Shown here: in pieces, positions 48,403 through 58,228 of the stretch
How the letters are laid out: every line of letters starts with the position of its first letter
Numbering within the stretch: the first letter of the stretch is position 1
Assembly (NCBI GenBank): GCA_027306595.1
Contig: DAHUZI010000016.1
Coordinates: 962 to 64,961, forward strand
Length of the DNA stretch: 64,000 nucleotides
Source: Candidatus Dormiibacterota bacterium
GTDB taxonomy: Bacteria; Chloroflexota; Dormibacteria; Aeolococcales; Bog-877
Reading direction: 5' to 3'
Translations under genes and position numbers: made by a program
The notes under the pieces: model-generated
The model's database searches: none
What the model saw: the letters and a program-made list of their open reading frames with translations, nothing else
What the model was told of the DNA's origin: nothing

Positions 48403-50071
48403 GGGCGAGCGTTCGGAGCCGTCGGCGGGCGCGGGCGAGAAGCCTCGCACCGGTTCGGGGGCTCGAGCGGACGGCCGCTCGGCGGTCCAGACCCCATCGG
48501 GGCTGCCGGTCGCTCCCTTCTACACGCCGGGTGACGTCGACACGGACGCCTATGCGACCCGAGTCGGCCGCCCCGGGGCCCCCCCCTACACCCGCGGTCT
48601 CAGCGCCGATGGCTACCGGAACCGCCCTTGGACGATCCGCCAGTACGCCGGGTTTGGGACCGGCGCGGAGACGAGCGGACGCTTCCGCCGGCTCCTCGAC
48701 GACGGCCAGACCGGGCTCTCGCTGGCGTTCGATCTGCCCACCCAGATGGGTCTGGACTCCGATGACCCTCGCGCCCGCGGCGAGGTGGGGCGCCTGGGGG
48801 TCGCCGTGGACACGGTCGAGGACCTCGCCGAGTGCTTTCAGGGCATCGATCTCGACCGTATCAGCACCTCGATGACCATCAACGCGCCGGCGCCGGTCCT
48901 GGTCGCGATGTACGTGGTCGCGGCCGAGGCGCGGGGCGTGGGACGGGCCCTGGTGCGGGGCACCGTCCAGAACGACGTACTCAAGGAGTACGTCGCCCGG
49001 GGGACCTACATCTACCCGCCCGGACCCTCGCTGCGGCTGGCGGCCGACCTCATCGCCTGGTGCGCCCGCGAGACGCCGCGCCTCAACCCCATCTCGGTGT
49101 GCGGGTATCACCTGCGCGAGGCCGGCAGCACTGCCGTCCAGGAGATGGCGTTCGCGCTCGCCAACGCCCTCGCCTACGTCGATGCGGTCCTCGCCCTCGG
49201 CCTCACCATCGACGACTTCGCCCCCCGCCTGTCCTGGATCTTCAACACCCAGAGCCACCTGCTGGAGGAGGTGGCCAAGTTCCGAGCCCTCCGACGGATC
49301 TGGGCCGACCTCATGCGAGAGCGGTTCGGCGCCCGCGACCCCCGCTCCCTCCAGCTTCGCACCCACACCCAGACCGGCGGCTCGACCCTCACCGCCCAGG
49401 AGCCGCTGACCAACATCGTGCGGGCGGCCTACCAGGCGCTGGCAGCGGTGCTCGGCGGGGTCCAGTCGCTCGCCCTCTCCTGCTACGACGAGGCGCTGGG
49501 CATCCCCAGCGAGGCGGCGCAGCGGCTTGCCGTCCGCACCCAGCAGGTGCTCCTGGAGGAGACCGGGGTGGCCGACACCGCCGACCCGCTCGGCGGGTCG
49601 TACGCAGTCGAGGCCCTCACCGACGGGCTCGAGCAGCGCGCGCGCTCTCTCTTGGCGGAGGTGGAACGGCGGGGGGGCGCGGTCGCCTGCATCGAGGCCG
49701 GGTGGATGCAGCAGGCGATCCAGGAGGAGGCGGTCCTCGCCGAGCAGGCGCTGGCCGACGGGCGGCGCCGGGTGGTGGGGGTGAACGTCGCCGTCGGCCC
49801 GGGCGGCCCCGAACCCGCCCCCGTGCCAGCCTTCCGGGTCGACCCCGGCCTGGAGGCCGCCCAGCTCGAGCGGCTGGCCCGGGCGCGGAGGGACCGCGAC
49901 CCGGTCCCGGCTCGCGCGGCGCTCCACCGGCTCCGCGCCGCGGCCCGCGATCCGGCCGCCGCGCTGATGCCGGCGATCGTCGACGCGGTGGGGGCGCGCT
50001 GCACGGTTGGGGAGGTGTGCGGCACCCTGGCCGAGGTGTTCGGGCGCTACCGGGCGCCCGCCGTCATCTGA
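48392..50071 (+). CDS. B12-dependent acyl-CoA mutase, substrate-binding (large) subunit
   Basis: [49 protein letters not shown] and DPLGGSY; no DxHxxG cobalamin-binding domain. Confidence 0.93.
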   Translation: MPGRGERSEPSAGAGEKPRTGSGARADGRSAVQTPSGLPVAPFYTPGDVDTDAYATRVGRPGAPPYTRGLSADGYRNRPWTIRQYAGFGTGAETSGRFRRLLDDGQTGLSLAFDLPTQMGLDSDDPRARGEVGRLGVAVDTVEDLAECFQGIDLDRISTSMTINAPAPVLVAMYVVAAEARGVGRALVRGTVQNDVLKEYVARGTYIYPPGPSLRLAADLIAWCARETPRLNPISVCGYHLREAGSTAVQEMAFALANALAYVDAVLALGLTIDDFAPRLSWIFNTQSHLLEEVAKFRALRRIWADLMRERFGARDPRSLQLRTHTQTGGSTLTAQEPLTNIVRAAYQALAAVLGGVQSLALSCYDEALGIPSEAAQRLAVRTQQVLLEETGVADTADPLGGSYAVEALTDGLEQRARSLLAEVERRGGAVACIEAGWMQQAIQEEAVLAEQALADGRRRVVGVNVAVGPGGPEPAPVPAFRVDPGLEAAQLERLARARRDRDPVPARAALHRLRAAARDPAAALMPAIVDAVGARCTVGEVCGTLAEVFGRYRAPAVI

Positions 50072-50110
50072 ATGGGCGGGGCGGCCGGCGCCCGGCCGAG
50101 GGAGGAGTCC

Positions 50111-51268
50111 ATGACCGAGGACCTGCAGAGCGCGGAGCAGGCGGCCATCGTGGCTACGGTGCGGGCCTTCGTGGATCGGGAGGTGATCCCCCACGCGGCC
50201 GAGTTCGAACACGGGGACCGGTTCCCCGAGGCGATGGTCGAGGGGATGCGGGAGTTGGGCCTCTTCGGGCTCACCGTCCCCGAGCCGTACGGGGGCGCGG
50301 GCCTCGACCTTGTCACCTATGCCCTGGTGGTGGAGGAGCTGGCTCGCGGCTGGATGTCGCTCGCCGGCGTCCTCAACACCCACGTCATCACCGCCTACCT
50401 CATCGCGACGTTCGGCACGGACGCCCAACGGCAGCGCTTCCTGCCGGCGCTCGCCGCCGGACGGCTCCGCGCCGCCTTCAGCATGAGCGAGCCCCAGGGC
50501 GGAAGCGACGTGCAGGCGGTGCGGACTCGCGCCGTCCGCGACGGCGACGCCTACGTCGTCGACGGGACCAAGATGTGGGCTACCAACGGCGCCCGGGCGG
50601 GACTCGTCGCCACCCTGGTGCGGACCGGGACCGAGAACGATCCGCCCAATCGCCGCCTCTCCTGCCTGCTGTGTGAGAAGGGGCCGGGCTTCGAGGCCGG
50701 GGCCCCGATCGCCAAGCTCGGGTACAAGGGTGTGGAGACGACCGAGCTCGTGTTCCGGGGCAACCGGCAGCCGCTCGCCAACCTGCTCGGCTCCGAGGAG
50801 GGTCGCGGCTTCGCGCAGATGATGGCGGGCATCGAGGTAGGCCGGATCAACGTCGCGGCCCGCGGCGTGGGGGTGGCTCGCGCGGCCCTCGAGCTCGCCA
50901 TGGCCTACGCACGCGAACGGCAGGCGTTCGGGCGGCCGATCGCGGAGCACCAGGCCATCCAGTTCAAGCTCGCCGACATGGCGACCCAGATCGAGGCCGC
51001 CCGGCTCCTCACCCTCGCCGCCGCGCGGCGCAAGCAGACGGGCCAACGCAGCGACGTCGAGGCGGGCATGGCGAAGCTCTTCAGCTCAGAGGCCTGCCAC
51101 GACGTCGTCCTGGAGGCGATGCGGATCTTCGGCGGCTACGGGTACAGCACCGCCTACCCGATCGAGCGGCTGTACCGTGATGCGCCCCTGCTGATCGTGG
51201 GGGAGGGGACCAACGAGATCCAGCGACTCATCATCGCCCGCGGCCTCCTGGCGCGCGCCGCTGACTGA
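50111..51268 (+). CDS. Acyl-CoA dehydrogenase (probable methylsuccinyl-CoA dehydrogenase)
   Basis: FSMSEPQGGSDV, GTKMWATNG, KLGYKGVETTEL, GRINVAARG, GGYGYS and GEGTNEIQ; operonic with ccr. Confidence 0.9.
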   Translation: MTEDLQSAEQAAIVATVRAFVDREVIPHAAEFEHGDRFPEAMVEGMRELGLFGLTVPEPYGGAGLDLVTYALVVEELARGWMSLAGVLNTHVITAYLIATFGTDAQRQRFLPALAAGRLRAAFSMSEPQGGSDVQAVRTRAVRDGDAYVVDGTKMWATNGARAGLVATLVRTGTENDPPNRRLSCLLCEKGPGFEAGAPIAKLGYKGVETTELVFRGNRQPLANLLGSEEGRGFAQMMAGIEVGRINVAARGVGVARAALELAMAYARERQAFGRPIAEHQAIQFKLADMATQIEAARLLTLAAARRKQTGQRSDVEAGMAKLFSSEACHDVVLEAMRIFGGYGYSTAYPIERLYRDAPLLIVGEGTNEIQRLIIARGLLARAAD

Positions 51269-51486
51269 GCCCAAGCGGAGGTCGGCTCGCCGGCGACCAG
51301 GCCTGCCCCCCGTGCGATCGGCGGGGTGCGGGGAGGCCCGGTCACGCGCGGGGCGCCAGCGGTTCGGCGACGGCCCCGGCCGAATCTGTCCGTCGGGAGC
51401 GGCGTTCGGGGCGTCGATCGCGGACCGCACCCTGGGGCCTGCGGCCCCGGATGCCCCGGGCGCCCCTGGCGACCGAGCGCCGACTC

Positions 51487-51568
51487 TTGCGGGGCCCGGC
51501 GCGGCCGCCGTATAATTGCGAGAAATCGATTTCGCGTCTTTAGCCCACGTGCAGCAATCGATTTCTCG
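51487..51568 (+). promoter_or_regulatory. Promoter with two LacI-type operators
   Basis: TTGCGG(51487)-18 bp-TATAAT(51511). Operators GAAATCGATTTC (51522-51533) and GCAATCGATTTC (51554-51565), each with a central CG. Confidence 0.82.
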
Positions 51569-51577
51569 GAGGCAGTG

Positions 51578-52588
51578 GTGCCGATCCGAATCGCAGAGGT
51601 GGCGGCCCGGGCAGGGGTCTCGCCCGCGACCGTCTCGCGCGTCCTGAACGACGTCTCGTCAGTCGATGCCGACCTTGCCGATCGGGTTCGATCAGCGGTG
51701 GCGGCCTTGCGCTACGAGCCCAATCGGGTCGCCCGCAACCTGAGGCGCCAGCGGGTGGACATGATCGGCGTCCTGATCTCCGATATCCAGAACCCCCACT
51801 TCGCCGAGCTCGTCCGGGGGATCGAGCGGGCGGCCTTCGCGGCCGGCTACCGGGTCCTGCTCTGCAACACCGATGAGGACCCCGACAAGCAGACCACGTA
51901 TCTGCGGATCCTGACGCAGGAGCGGGTCGCCGGCATCATCCTCTCGCCCACCCGAGACCTCGCCGGGGCCATCGCCGATGCCATCCGCACCGCGACGCCG
52001 GTCGTCGCCGTGGACCGCGCGGTCGACGCCGACGGGGCGGACTCCGTCCTGGCCAACAACGCCAGGGCCGCGGAGCTGGCCACCACCAGGCTGCTCGCTG
52101 CCGGCCACCGCTCGGTCGGGCTCATCGCGGGGCCGGCCGAGGTGGCCACCGCGGCCGAGAGGCGCGAGGGGTACGTCCGCGCCATGGGCCGTGCCGGCCT
52201 GACTCCGATCGTCGAAGAGGCCGACTTCCGGGCTGAGGGTGGCCAGCGGGCCATGGAGCGCCTGCTCCGCCACCCCGACAGCGTGACCGCCGTCGTGATC
52301 AGCAACAACCTCATGACCGCGGGGGCCCTGGGCGTCTTGGCGGCGGAGCGGGTCGCCATCCCCGACCGGCTGGCGTTGATCAGTTTCGATGATCCCTTCT
52401 GGGCGGCGATCACCAATCCGCCACTCACGGTCCTGGCCCAGCCCGTCACCCGGATGGCCCAAAGAGCCCTGGCGCTCCTGATCGAGCGGATGGGGGGCGG
52501 GCGTTCCGAGCCCAGGACGGAACGCCTCGATCTCGACCTGCGCCTTCGGAAGTCGTGCGGCACCTCCGGTGCCATCACGGGGGAATGA
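51578..52588 (+). CDS. LacI family transcriptional regulator
   Basis: IAEVAARAGVSPATVSRVLN, YEPNRVARNL and IPDRLALISFDD. Confidence 0.96.
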   Translation: MPIRIAEVAARAGVSPATVSRVLNDVSSVDADLADRVRSAVAALRYEPNRVARNLRRQRVDMIGVLISDIQNPHFAELVRGIERAAFAAGYRVLLCNTDEDPDKQTTYLRILTQERVAGIILSPTRDLAGAIADAIRTATPVVAVDRAVDADGADSVLANNARAAELATTRLLAAGHRSVGLIAGPAEVATAAERREGYVRAMGRAGLTPIVEEADFRAEGGQRAMERLLRHPDSVTAVVISNNLMTAGALGVLAAERVAIPDRLALISFDDPFWAAITNPPLTVLAQPVTRMAQRALALLIERMGGGRSEPRTERLDLDLRLRKSCGTSGAITGE

Positions 52589-52591
52589 GCC

Positions 52592-54007
52592 ATGGCTCGA
52601 ATCGGGCTTCTGACCGTCGGTGACGGGCGCCCGGAGGTCTATGCGCAGATCGAGTCCTACGTGGCGTCCGCGACCGACCGGCTTCGCAGCTGGCTGATTG
52701 GGCAGGGTCACACGGTGCACGAAGGGCGCGCAGTCCTCACCACCAACGTCCTGGCGACCCGTGAGGCCCGCTACGTCGGGGCAGCTGCCCCAGACCTGGT
52801 GCTGCTGCACTACCCCATCTGGGCCTTCCCCCACTTCACCGTGCTGGCCGCGACGGCGACTCAGGCCCCCCTGCTGCTCCTCGGCGCGCTCGACGGCCAC
52901 CAGCCGGGCATGGTGGGCATGCTGGCGGCCGGCGGCGCGCTGGACCAGATCGGTCGCGCCCATCTTCGCGCCTGGGGCGACGTCTCCGACCCGGCCCTGG
53001 GCGACCGGCTGCACAGCGCGATCGGCGCCGCGGTCGCGGCGTCGCGCCTGCGGGGCTCCACATTCGGGCGGATCGGTGGCCGGCCGATGGGCATGTACAC
53101 GGCGGCGGCGAGCCCCGAGGAGTGGGCTCGGCGGTTCGGCATCGACGTCGAAGACATCGACCAGGGCGAGCTCGTCCGCCTGGCGGGGCTCGTGGACCAG
53201 GAGCGCGTGACCGCTGCCCGGACCTGGCTGGAGCGGCACGCCGCCGGGGTCCACTACGACGGCGCCGCCCTGACCCCTGCCAAGCTCGAGCTGCAGATCC
53301 GAGCCTACTACGGCATGCGCGCGCTGATCGACGAGTGGCACCTCGACTTCTCCGGGATCAAGGGGCAGCCGGAACTGACAACGCACTACGCGACGATGGA
53401 CATCGCCGAGGCCTTTCTCAACGATCCGTACGATTGGGAGGGACCGAAGGCTCCCCACGTCTGTGCGACGGAGTCGGACATGGACGGGGCGCTCACGATG
53501 CAGGTCCTCAAGCACATCGCCAACCTCCCCGTCCTGTTCGCCGACGTCCGTCACTACCACCAGGACCGGCAGGTGTGGGACCTCTGCAATTCCGGGCAGC
53601 ACGCGACCTGGTTCGCGGAGCGCAGCGATGATCCCGAGGTCAACCTGGGGAGCACCCACCTGTACCCAGAGGTGTTCTTCTTCCCGGCCGGCGGGGCCTC
53701 CGTCCACCACGTGGCAGCCCCCGGTCGATTCACCTTCGCCCGGCTGAGCCGCCTCAACGGGCGGTACCGGCTCCAGGTCGTGGCCGGGGACATCGAGCGG
53801 TACGACGACGCGACGAACCAGCGCCTGATCCAGGAGACGACCCCCGAGTGGCCCCACGCCTTCGCGCGGCTGGACACCGACGCGACGACCTTCCTCGCCC
53901 GCTTCGGGGCCAACCACATCCATGGGGTCCCCGGCGAGCACGGCGAGTCCCTGCGTGCCTTTGCCCGCCTAACCGGAATCGACTTCGACGACCTTTCGGA
54001 CCGCTGA
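52592..54007 (+). CDS. L-fucose/D-arabinose isomerase family protein
   Basis: GGRPMGMYT, GIKGQPEL, EAFLNDPYDW, CATESDMDGALTM, DLCNSG, WPHAF and ANHIH. Confidence 0.9.
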   Translation: MARIGLLTVGDGRPEVYAQIESYVASATDRLRSWLIGQGHTVHEGRAVLTTNVLATREARYVGAAAPDLVLLHYPIWAFPHFTVLAATATQAPLLLLGALDGHQPGMVGMLAAGGALDQIGRAHLRAWGDVSDPALGDRLHSAIGAAVAASRLRGSTFGRIGGRPMGMYTAAASPEEWARRFGIDVEDIDQGELVRLAGLVDQERVTAARTWLERHAAGVHYDGAALTPAKLELQIRAYYGMRALIDEWHLDFSGIKGQPELTTHYATMDIAEAFLNDPYDWEGPKAPHVCATESDMDGALTMQVLKHIANLPVLFADVRHYHQDRQVWDLCNSGQHATWFAERSDDPEVNLGSTHLYPEVFFFPAGGASVHHVAAPGRFTFARLSRLNGRYRLQVVAGDIERYDDATNQRLIQETTPEWPHAFARLDTDATTFLARFGANHIHGVPGEHGESLRAFARLTGIDFDDLSDR

Positions 54008-54009
54008 CG

Positions 54010-55533
54010 GTGAGCTACGTCCTGGGGGTGGATATCGGGTCCACCTCGTCGAAGGCGATCCTGGCGAGCGCCCAGGGCGAGGTGATCGCCACCGCGGCGT
54101 GCCCGCACGCGGTGGCGATGCCCCATCCTGGTTGGGCCGAGCACGATGCCGACCGCGTCTGGTGGCATGACGTCCGCCGCCTGGCCCGCCAGCTGCTGGC
54201 GGACAAGGGGCTCGAGGTCACGGCCGTCTGTGTCAGCGGCATCGGGCCCTGCGCCCTGGTGACCGGAACCGACTCCAGGCCGCTGCGCCCGGCGATCCTG
54301 TACGGGATCGACACGCGGGCGTCCCACGAGATCGAGATTCTGGCGCAGCGGCTCGGCCCGACGCCCATCCTCGATACGTGCGGCTCCGCGCTGACGAGCC
54401 AGGCGGTGGGGCCGAAGCTGCTCTGGCTCCAAGAGCACGAGCCATCGGTGTGGCAGGCGGCCCGCCGCTTGTACATGGCTTCGTCCTTCATCGTTCAGCG
54501 GCTCTGCGGCGCCTACATCCTGGACCACCACTCGGCGAGCCAGGCGGTCCCCCTCTACGACCTGCGCCGCCAGAGCTGGCACCGCGACTGGGCCCAGAGC
54601 CTGGCCGGGCCGATCCAGCTGCCCGAGCTGGTCTGGCCGATGGAGCAGGTGGGCCGCGTGTCCGCGGCCGCGGCCGCGGACACTGGGATCACCGAGGGGG
54701 CCGTGGTCTGCGCGGGCAGCATCGACGCCTGGGCCGAGGCCGTCTCGGTCGGAATGCGTGACCCCGGGGACACCTGCGTCATGTACGGGTCGACCACGTT
54801 CCTGGTCCAGCAGGTGGAGACGTTCTCCCCCGACCCGCGCCTGTGGACGACGGCGGGGATCCTGCCGGGATCCATCACGGTGGCCGCCGGCATGGCGACC
54901 ACGGGGTCGGTGACGAACTGGTTCCGCGACCTCTGCGGCGGCCCCAGCTGGGCCAGCCTGTTCGCGGCCGCGGAGAGGGTGGAACCGGGCTCGATGGGGC
55001 TCCTAGTCCTTCCCTACTTCGCGGGGGAGCGGACGCCGATCTTCGATGCCAGGGCTCGGGGCGCCATCATCGGACTCACGCTCCGACACCAGCGCCCCGC
55101 GCTGTTCCGGGCCATCCTCGAGGGCGTGGCGTACGGGATCCGCCACAACCTGGAGGTCATGGGGCAGGTGACGGGCTTGCCGCCCCGCCTGCTGGCGACG
55201 GGAGGCGGGTCCATGCACCGTCTGTGGCTGCAGATCGTCAGCGACGTGACCGGATACACGCAGACGGTTCCGCACACAGACGCGAGCGCCGCCCACGGCG
55301 CGGTCCTCATGGCGATTGGGGATGGAGGCGCGACCTCGAGGAGCCGAGGCGATGAGCAGCGCGTGGTCGAACCGCAGCGCCGGCTTCGGAGACAGTACGA
55401 CGAGATCTATCAACTGTACCGGGCGGCCTATGAGCAGGCGCGCTCGACCATGCACGGGCTCGCACGGGTGCAGGAAGCCGCTGGCCGTGAAGGCGGGGGC
55501 GCTGCCGTGGGCGGGCACGGCGAACAGGTGTGA
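54010..55533 (+). CDS. FGGY family carbohydrate kinase
   Basis: LGVDIGSTSSK, RPAILYGIDTRA, LPYFAGERTP, AILEGVAY and GGGS. Confidence 0.94.
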   Translation: MSYVLGVDIGSTSSKAILASAQGEVIATAACPHAVAMPHPGWAEHDADRVWWHDVRRLARQLLADKGLEVTAVCVSGIGPCALVTGTDSRPLRPAILYGIDTRASHEIEILAQRLGPTPILDTCGSALTSQAVGPKLLWLQEHEPSVWQAARRLYMASSFIVQRLCGAYILDHHSASQAVPLYDLRRQSWHRDWAQSLAGPIQLPELVWPMEQVGRVSAAAAADTGITEGAVVCAGSIDAWAEAVSVGMRDPGDTCVMYGSTTFLVQQVETFSPDPRLWTTAGILPGSITVAAGMATTGSVTNWFRDLCGGPSWASLFAAAERVEPGSMGLLVLPYFAGERTPIFDARARGAIIGLTLRHQRPALFRAILEGVAYGIRHNLEVMGQVTGLPPRLLATGGGSMHRLWLQIVSDVTGYTQTVPHTDASAAHGAVLMAIGDGGATSRSRGDEQRVVEPQRRLRRQYDEIYQLYRAAYEQARSTMHGLARVQEAAGREGGGAAVGGHGEQV

Positions 55534-55582
55534 CGGGTCGAATGGCCAGGTCTATGAGGACCTGTGGCGAAGGAGGAATGTC

Positions 55583-57445
55583 TTGAGCAAGTCGACGCGG
55601 GTGCGCAGGCTCGTCGTGGGTGCGGCAGCGATCGCCGGGGCCAGCCTGCTGGCGGCCTGTGGGGCGGTGTCAGCTGGCGCCCAGTTGAGCCGCCAGGGTC
55701 AGACCGGCAGTGGCAGCGGCGGGGTGGTGACGTTCGCCAACCAGGTGGGGGCGCCCCCCACCTACATCTTCCCGATGTATCCGATTCAGGATGCGCAGAA
55801 CTCGGACATCACGTACTTCCAGCCCCTGCTGTGGCGGCCGCTGTACTGGTTCGGACACGAGTCGAGTTCCGCTCCCACGATCAACTACCGGCTGAGTCTC
55901 GCCTACCCACCGGAGTTCTCCAATGGGGGGCGGACCGTGACCGTGAGGCTGCGTCGCTATGTCTGGTCGGACGGTCGGCCGGTCACGTCCAGGGATGTCG
56001 AGTTCTGGATGCACCTGCTGCTGGCGGTCAAGAGCTCGTGGGGTATCTGGGCTCCGGGCGACTGGAGCTCTCATATCGTGGGCATGAACTTCGCCCGTCC
56101 GGGCCAGTTCTCGATCACCTTCAATCAACAGTTCAACCAGAACTACCTGCTCTACAACGGACTCGCCCAGATCACGCCGATCCCCCAGCATGCGTGGGAC
56201 CGGAAGGCGGCCGGCGGGGCCATCGGGAACTACGACCGAACGGCAGCCGGGGCCCGGGCGGTCTACAGCTACCTGAATGATCAGTCCAAGACCCTCGCCA
56301 CCTGGGACACCAATCCGCTCTGGCAGGTGGTCGACGGACCGTGGCGGCTCCAGCCCAACACCGGGTTCAACCCCGCCACAGGATATGCCGCATTCGTGCC
56401 CAACCGGCACTACTCGGGGCCGCAGCGGCCGAAGGTGTCGAAGTACGAGCTGCTCACCTTCACCAGCGCCACCGCTGAGTTCGACGCCCTGCTCGCGGGC
56501 CGGGTTGACTACGGCTACCTGCCATTCCAGGATGTCGCCCTCAAGCAGCGGCTGCTCAGCAGCGGATACCAGGTGAAGCCATGGCTGTACTGGGGGATCT
56601 CCTACATCCCGTTCAATTTCGCCAATCCCCGCGTGGGGCGGGTCTTCGACCAGCTGTATATCCGACAGGCGATGCAGCATGTGATCGATGAGTCGCAGTA
56701 CATCAGCCGGGTGTTCAAGGGGTATGGCAGCCCGGACTACGGCCCGGTCCCGGTGCAGCCCCCCAGCCAATTCGTCAGCCCGCTGGCGGCCCATCCGCTC
56801 TACCCGTACAGCGTCGGCGCCGCGCGCCAGCTGCTGGCCAGCCACGGGTGGGTCCTGCACGGCGCGAACTCGGCAGCCTCCTGTGAGCGTCCGGGGAGCG
56901 GGCCGTCGGAGTGCGGGGCGGGTATCGCCCGGGGGGCAGCGCTGAACTTCACCATGCTCTACGCCAGCGGCACGCCCGCCTACTCGCAGATCATGCAGGC
57001 GTGGAAGTCGAGTCTGGCGGAGGCGGGGATCCAGTTGGCGCTGTCGCAGGCGCCCTTCAGCACGGTGGCAGCCACCGAGGCCGGGTGCGATGCGAAGACC
57101 GGGAGCGGGTGCTCCTGGGAGATGACGTATCTGGGCGCGCCGACGACGACCTATGTTCCCGTCTACTACCCGACGGGGGAGATCATCCTCCACAGCGGGG
57201 CGCCCGACAATGTTGGCAACTACGACAATCCGGTGAACGATGCGAACATCAACGCAAGCCACGTCCAGCCCGGATTGGGCGCGCTCTACCGATACGAAGA
57301 CTTCGTGGCCCGGCAGCTACCGCTGCTGTACATGCCCAACAGCGTCTATCAGATCTCGGTCATCAGCAAGCGGCTGCACGGAGTGACGGCGCAGGACTCG
57401 ACCAACCACATCTATCCGGAGGTGTGGACGCTCTCCAAGAGGTAG
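55583..57445 (+). CDS. Family-5 ABC substrate-binding lipoprotein, no permeases adjacent
   Basis: TTG start follows AGGAGG; lipobox LLAAC; PTYIFP, WSDGRPVTSRDV, VVDGPW and IRQAMQ. Paralogous to 16797..18614. Confidence 0.9.
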   Translation: MSKSTRVRRLVVGAAAIAGASLLAACGAVSAGAQLSRQGQTGSGSGGVVTFANQVGAPPTYIFPMYPIQDAQNSDITYFQPLLWRPLYWFGHESSSAPTINYRLSLAYPPEFSNGGRTVTVRLRRYVWSDGRPVTSRDVEFWMHLLLAVKSSWGIWAPGDWSSHIVGMNFARPGQFSITFNQQFNQNYLLYNGLAQITPIPQHAWDRKAAGGAIGNYDRTAAGARAVYSYLNDQSKTLATWDTNPLWQVVDGPWRLQPNTGFNPATGYAAFVPNRHYSGPQRPKVSKYELLTFTSATAEFDALLAGRVDYGYLPFQDVALKQRLLSSGYQVKPWLYWGISYIPFNFANPRVGRVFDQLYIRQAMQHVIDESQYISRVFKGYGSPDYGPVPVQPPSQFVSPLAAHPLYPYSVGAARQLLASHGWVLHGANSAASCERPGSGPSECGAGIARGAALNFTMLYASGTPAYSQIMQAWKSSLAEAGIQLALSQAPFSTVAATEAGCDAKTGSGCSWEMTYLGAPTTTYVPVYYPTGEIILHSGAPDNVGNYDNPVNDANINASHVQPGLGALYRYEDFVARQLPLLYMPNSVYQISVISKRLHGVTAQDSTNHIYPEVWTLSKR

Positions 57446-57452
57446 CCGAGGG

Positions 57453-57480
57453 CGGGTGGGGCTCGGGCGAGCCCCACCCG
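57453..57480 (+). terminator. Strong hairpin after the SBP stop (possible terminator without a U-tract)
   Basis: CGGGTGGGGCTCG-GG-CGAGCCCCACCCG, a perfect 13-bp inverted repeat beginning 8 nt after TAG. Confidence 0.55.
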
Positions 57481-57671
57481 CGCCACCGGGGCGCGGCGGG
57501 GACGGTGGCCAGGGCCTCGGCGGGGCCACCGGGATCCGGACGATCCGGGCGCCCCCTCGCCGCCAGGACCTCAGCGCACTACGGTCGCGGTCGGCGCGTC
57601 GCGGAGCCGACTGGAGCCGGGGATGCCCGGCGGTGAGGCGCAGCATGGCGACGCCGGCCGGGCCCCGGGCG

Positions 57672-58228
57672 TCAGCTGTGGGTGGGATGCTGGAGGTGGA
57701 CGACCCCACCCCCGAAGCGGTCCATGCGCAGCAGCTCGAGGGGCGAGCGGAGGTCACCGGGAAGCGCGGGCGTGCCATCCCCGATGGTCATGGGGGTCGG
57801 AACGGGTGGACCTCGTCGAGCAACCCGGCCGCCATCGCCTGGCGCGCGAGGGTCGAGCCCCCGACGGACAGACAACTGCCTGCTGTCCGCCTCATCCGCC
57901 GCACCGCTTCCGGATCGAATTCGGGCTCGACTGGGTTCTGGCGGTGGACCGCTCGTGCAGGGTTGTCGAGTAGACGATCTTGGTGGCGGCCGCCAGATCC
58001 CAGCGAACTCAAGGGCGCATGGGTGCTGATCTGCGACCGCAACGAACGTCTTTCAGTAGGCCATCGTCTCGCACGTCCTGCCTCCGGAGCGATGGGTGCC
58101 GATCCCCCGCTCGAGGGCGTTGGTGACGGTGTGCGCCCGGGGCCGGGGGCGCCCCAGTCGAACCTGCCGTCCGCGTCCGCTGTGTAGCCGTCGAGCGACA
58201 TGATGGCCGAGTACACCAACGGCGCCAT
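57672..58228 (-). pseudogene. Degraded RibD_C/dihydrofolate-reductase-like gene
   Basis: Family segments lie in different frames: MAPLVYSAIMSLDGYTADADGRFDW / NALERGIGT...ETMAY*(TGA 58053-58055) / EFDPEAVRRM..SVGGSTLARQAMAAGLLDEVH / GDGTPALPGDLRSPLELLRMDRFGGGVVHL. Confidence 0.85.

Noticed and set aside
44566-48450. 1294-aa minus-strand ORF that looks like a giant CoxS fusion
   Set aside because: Only the last ~169 codons are CoxS, which has its own RBS and ATG at 45075. The rest is antisense shadow of ccr, the DMT gene and DUF488, expected from stop-codon scarcity at high GC.
58053-58055. In-frame TGA as selenocysteine or recoding
   Set aside because: It sits at a usual Trp position in a gene that also has several frameshifts. 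TGA is the normal stop elsewhere in the window.
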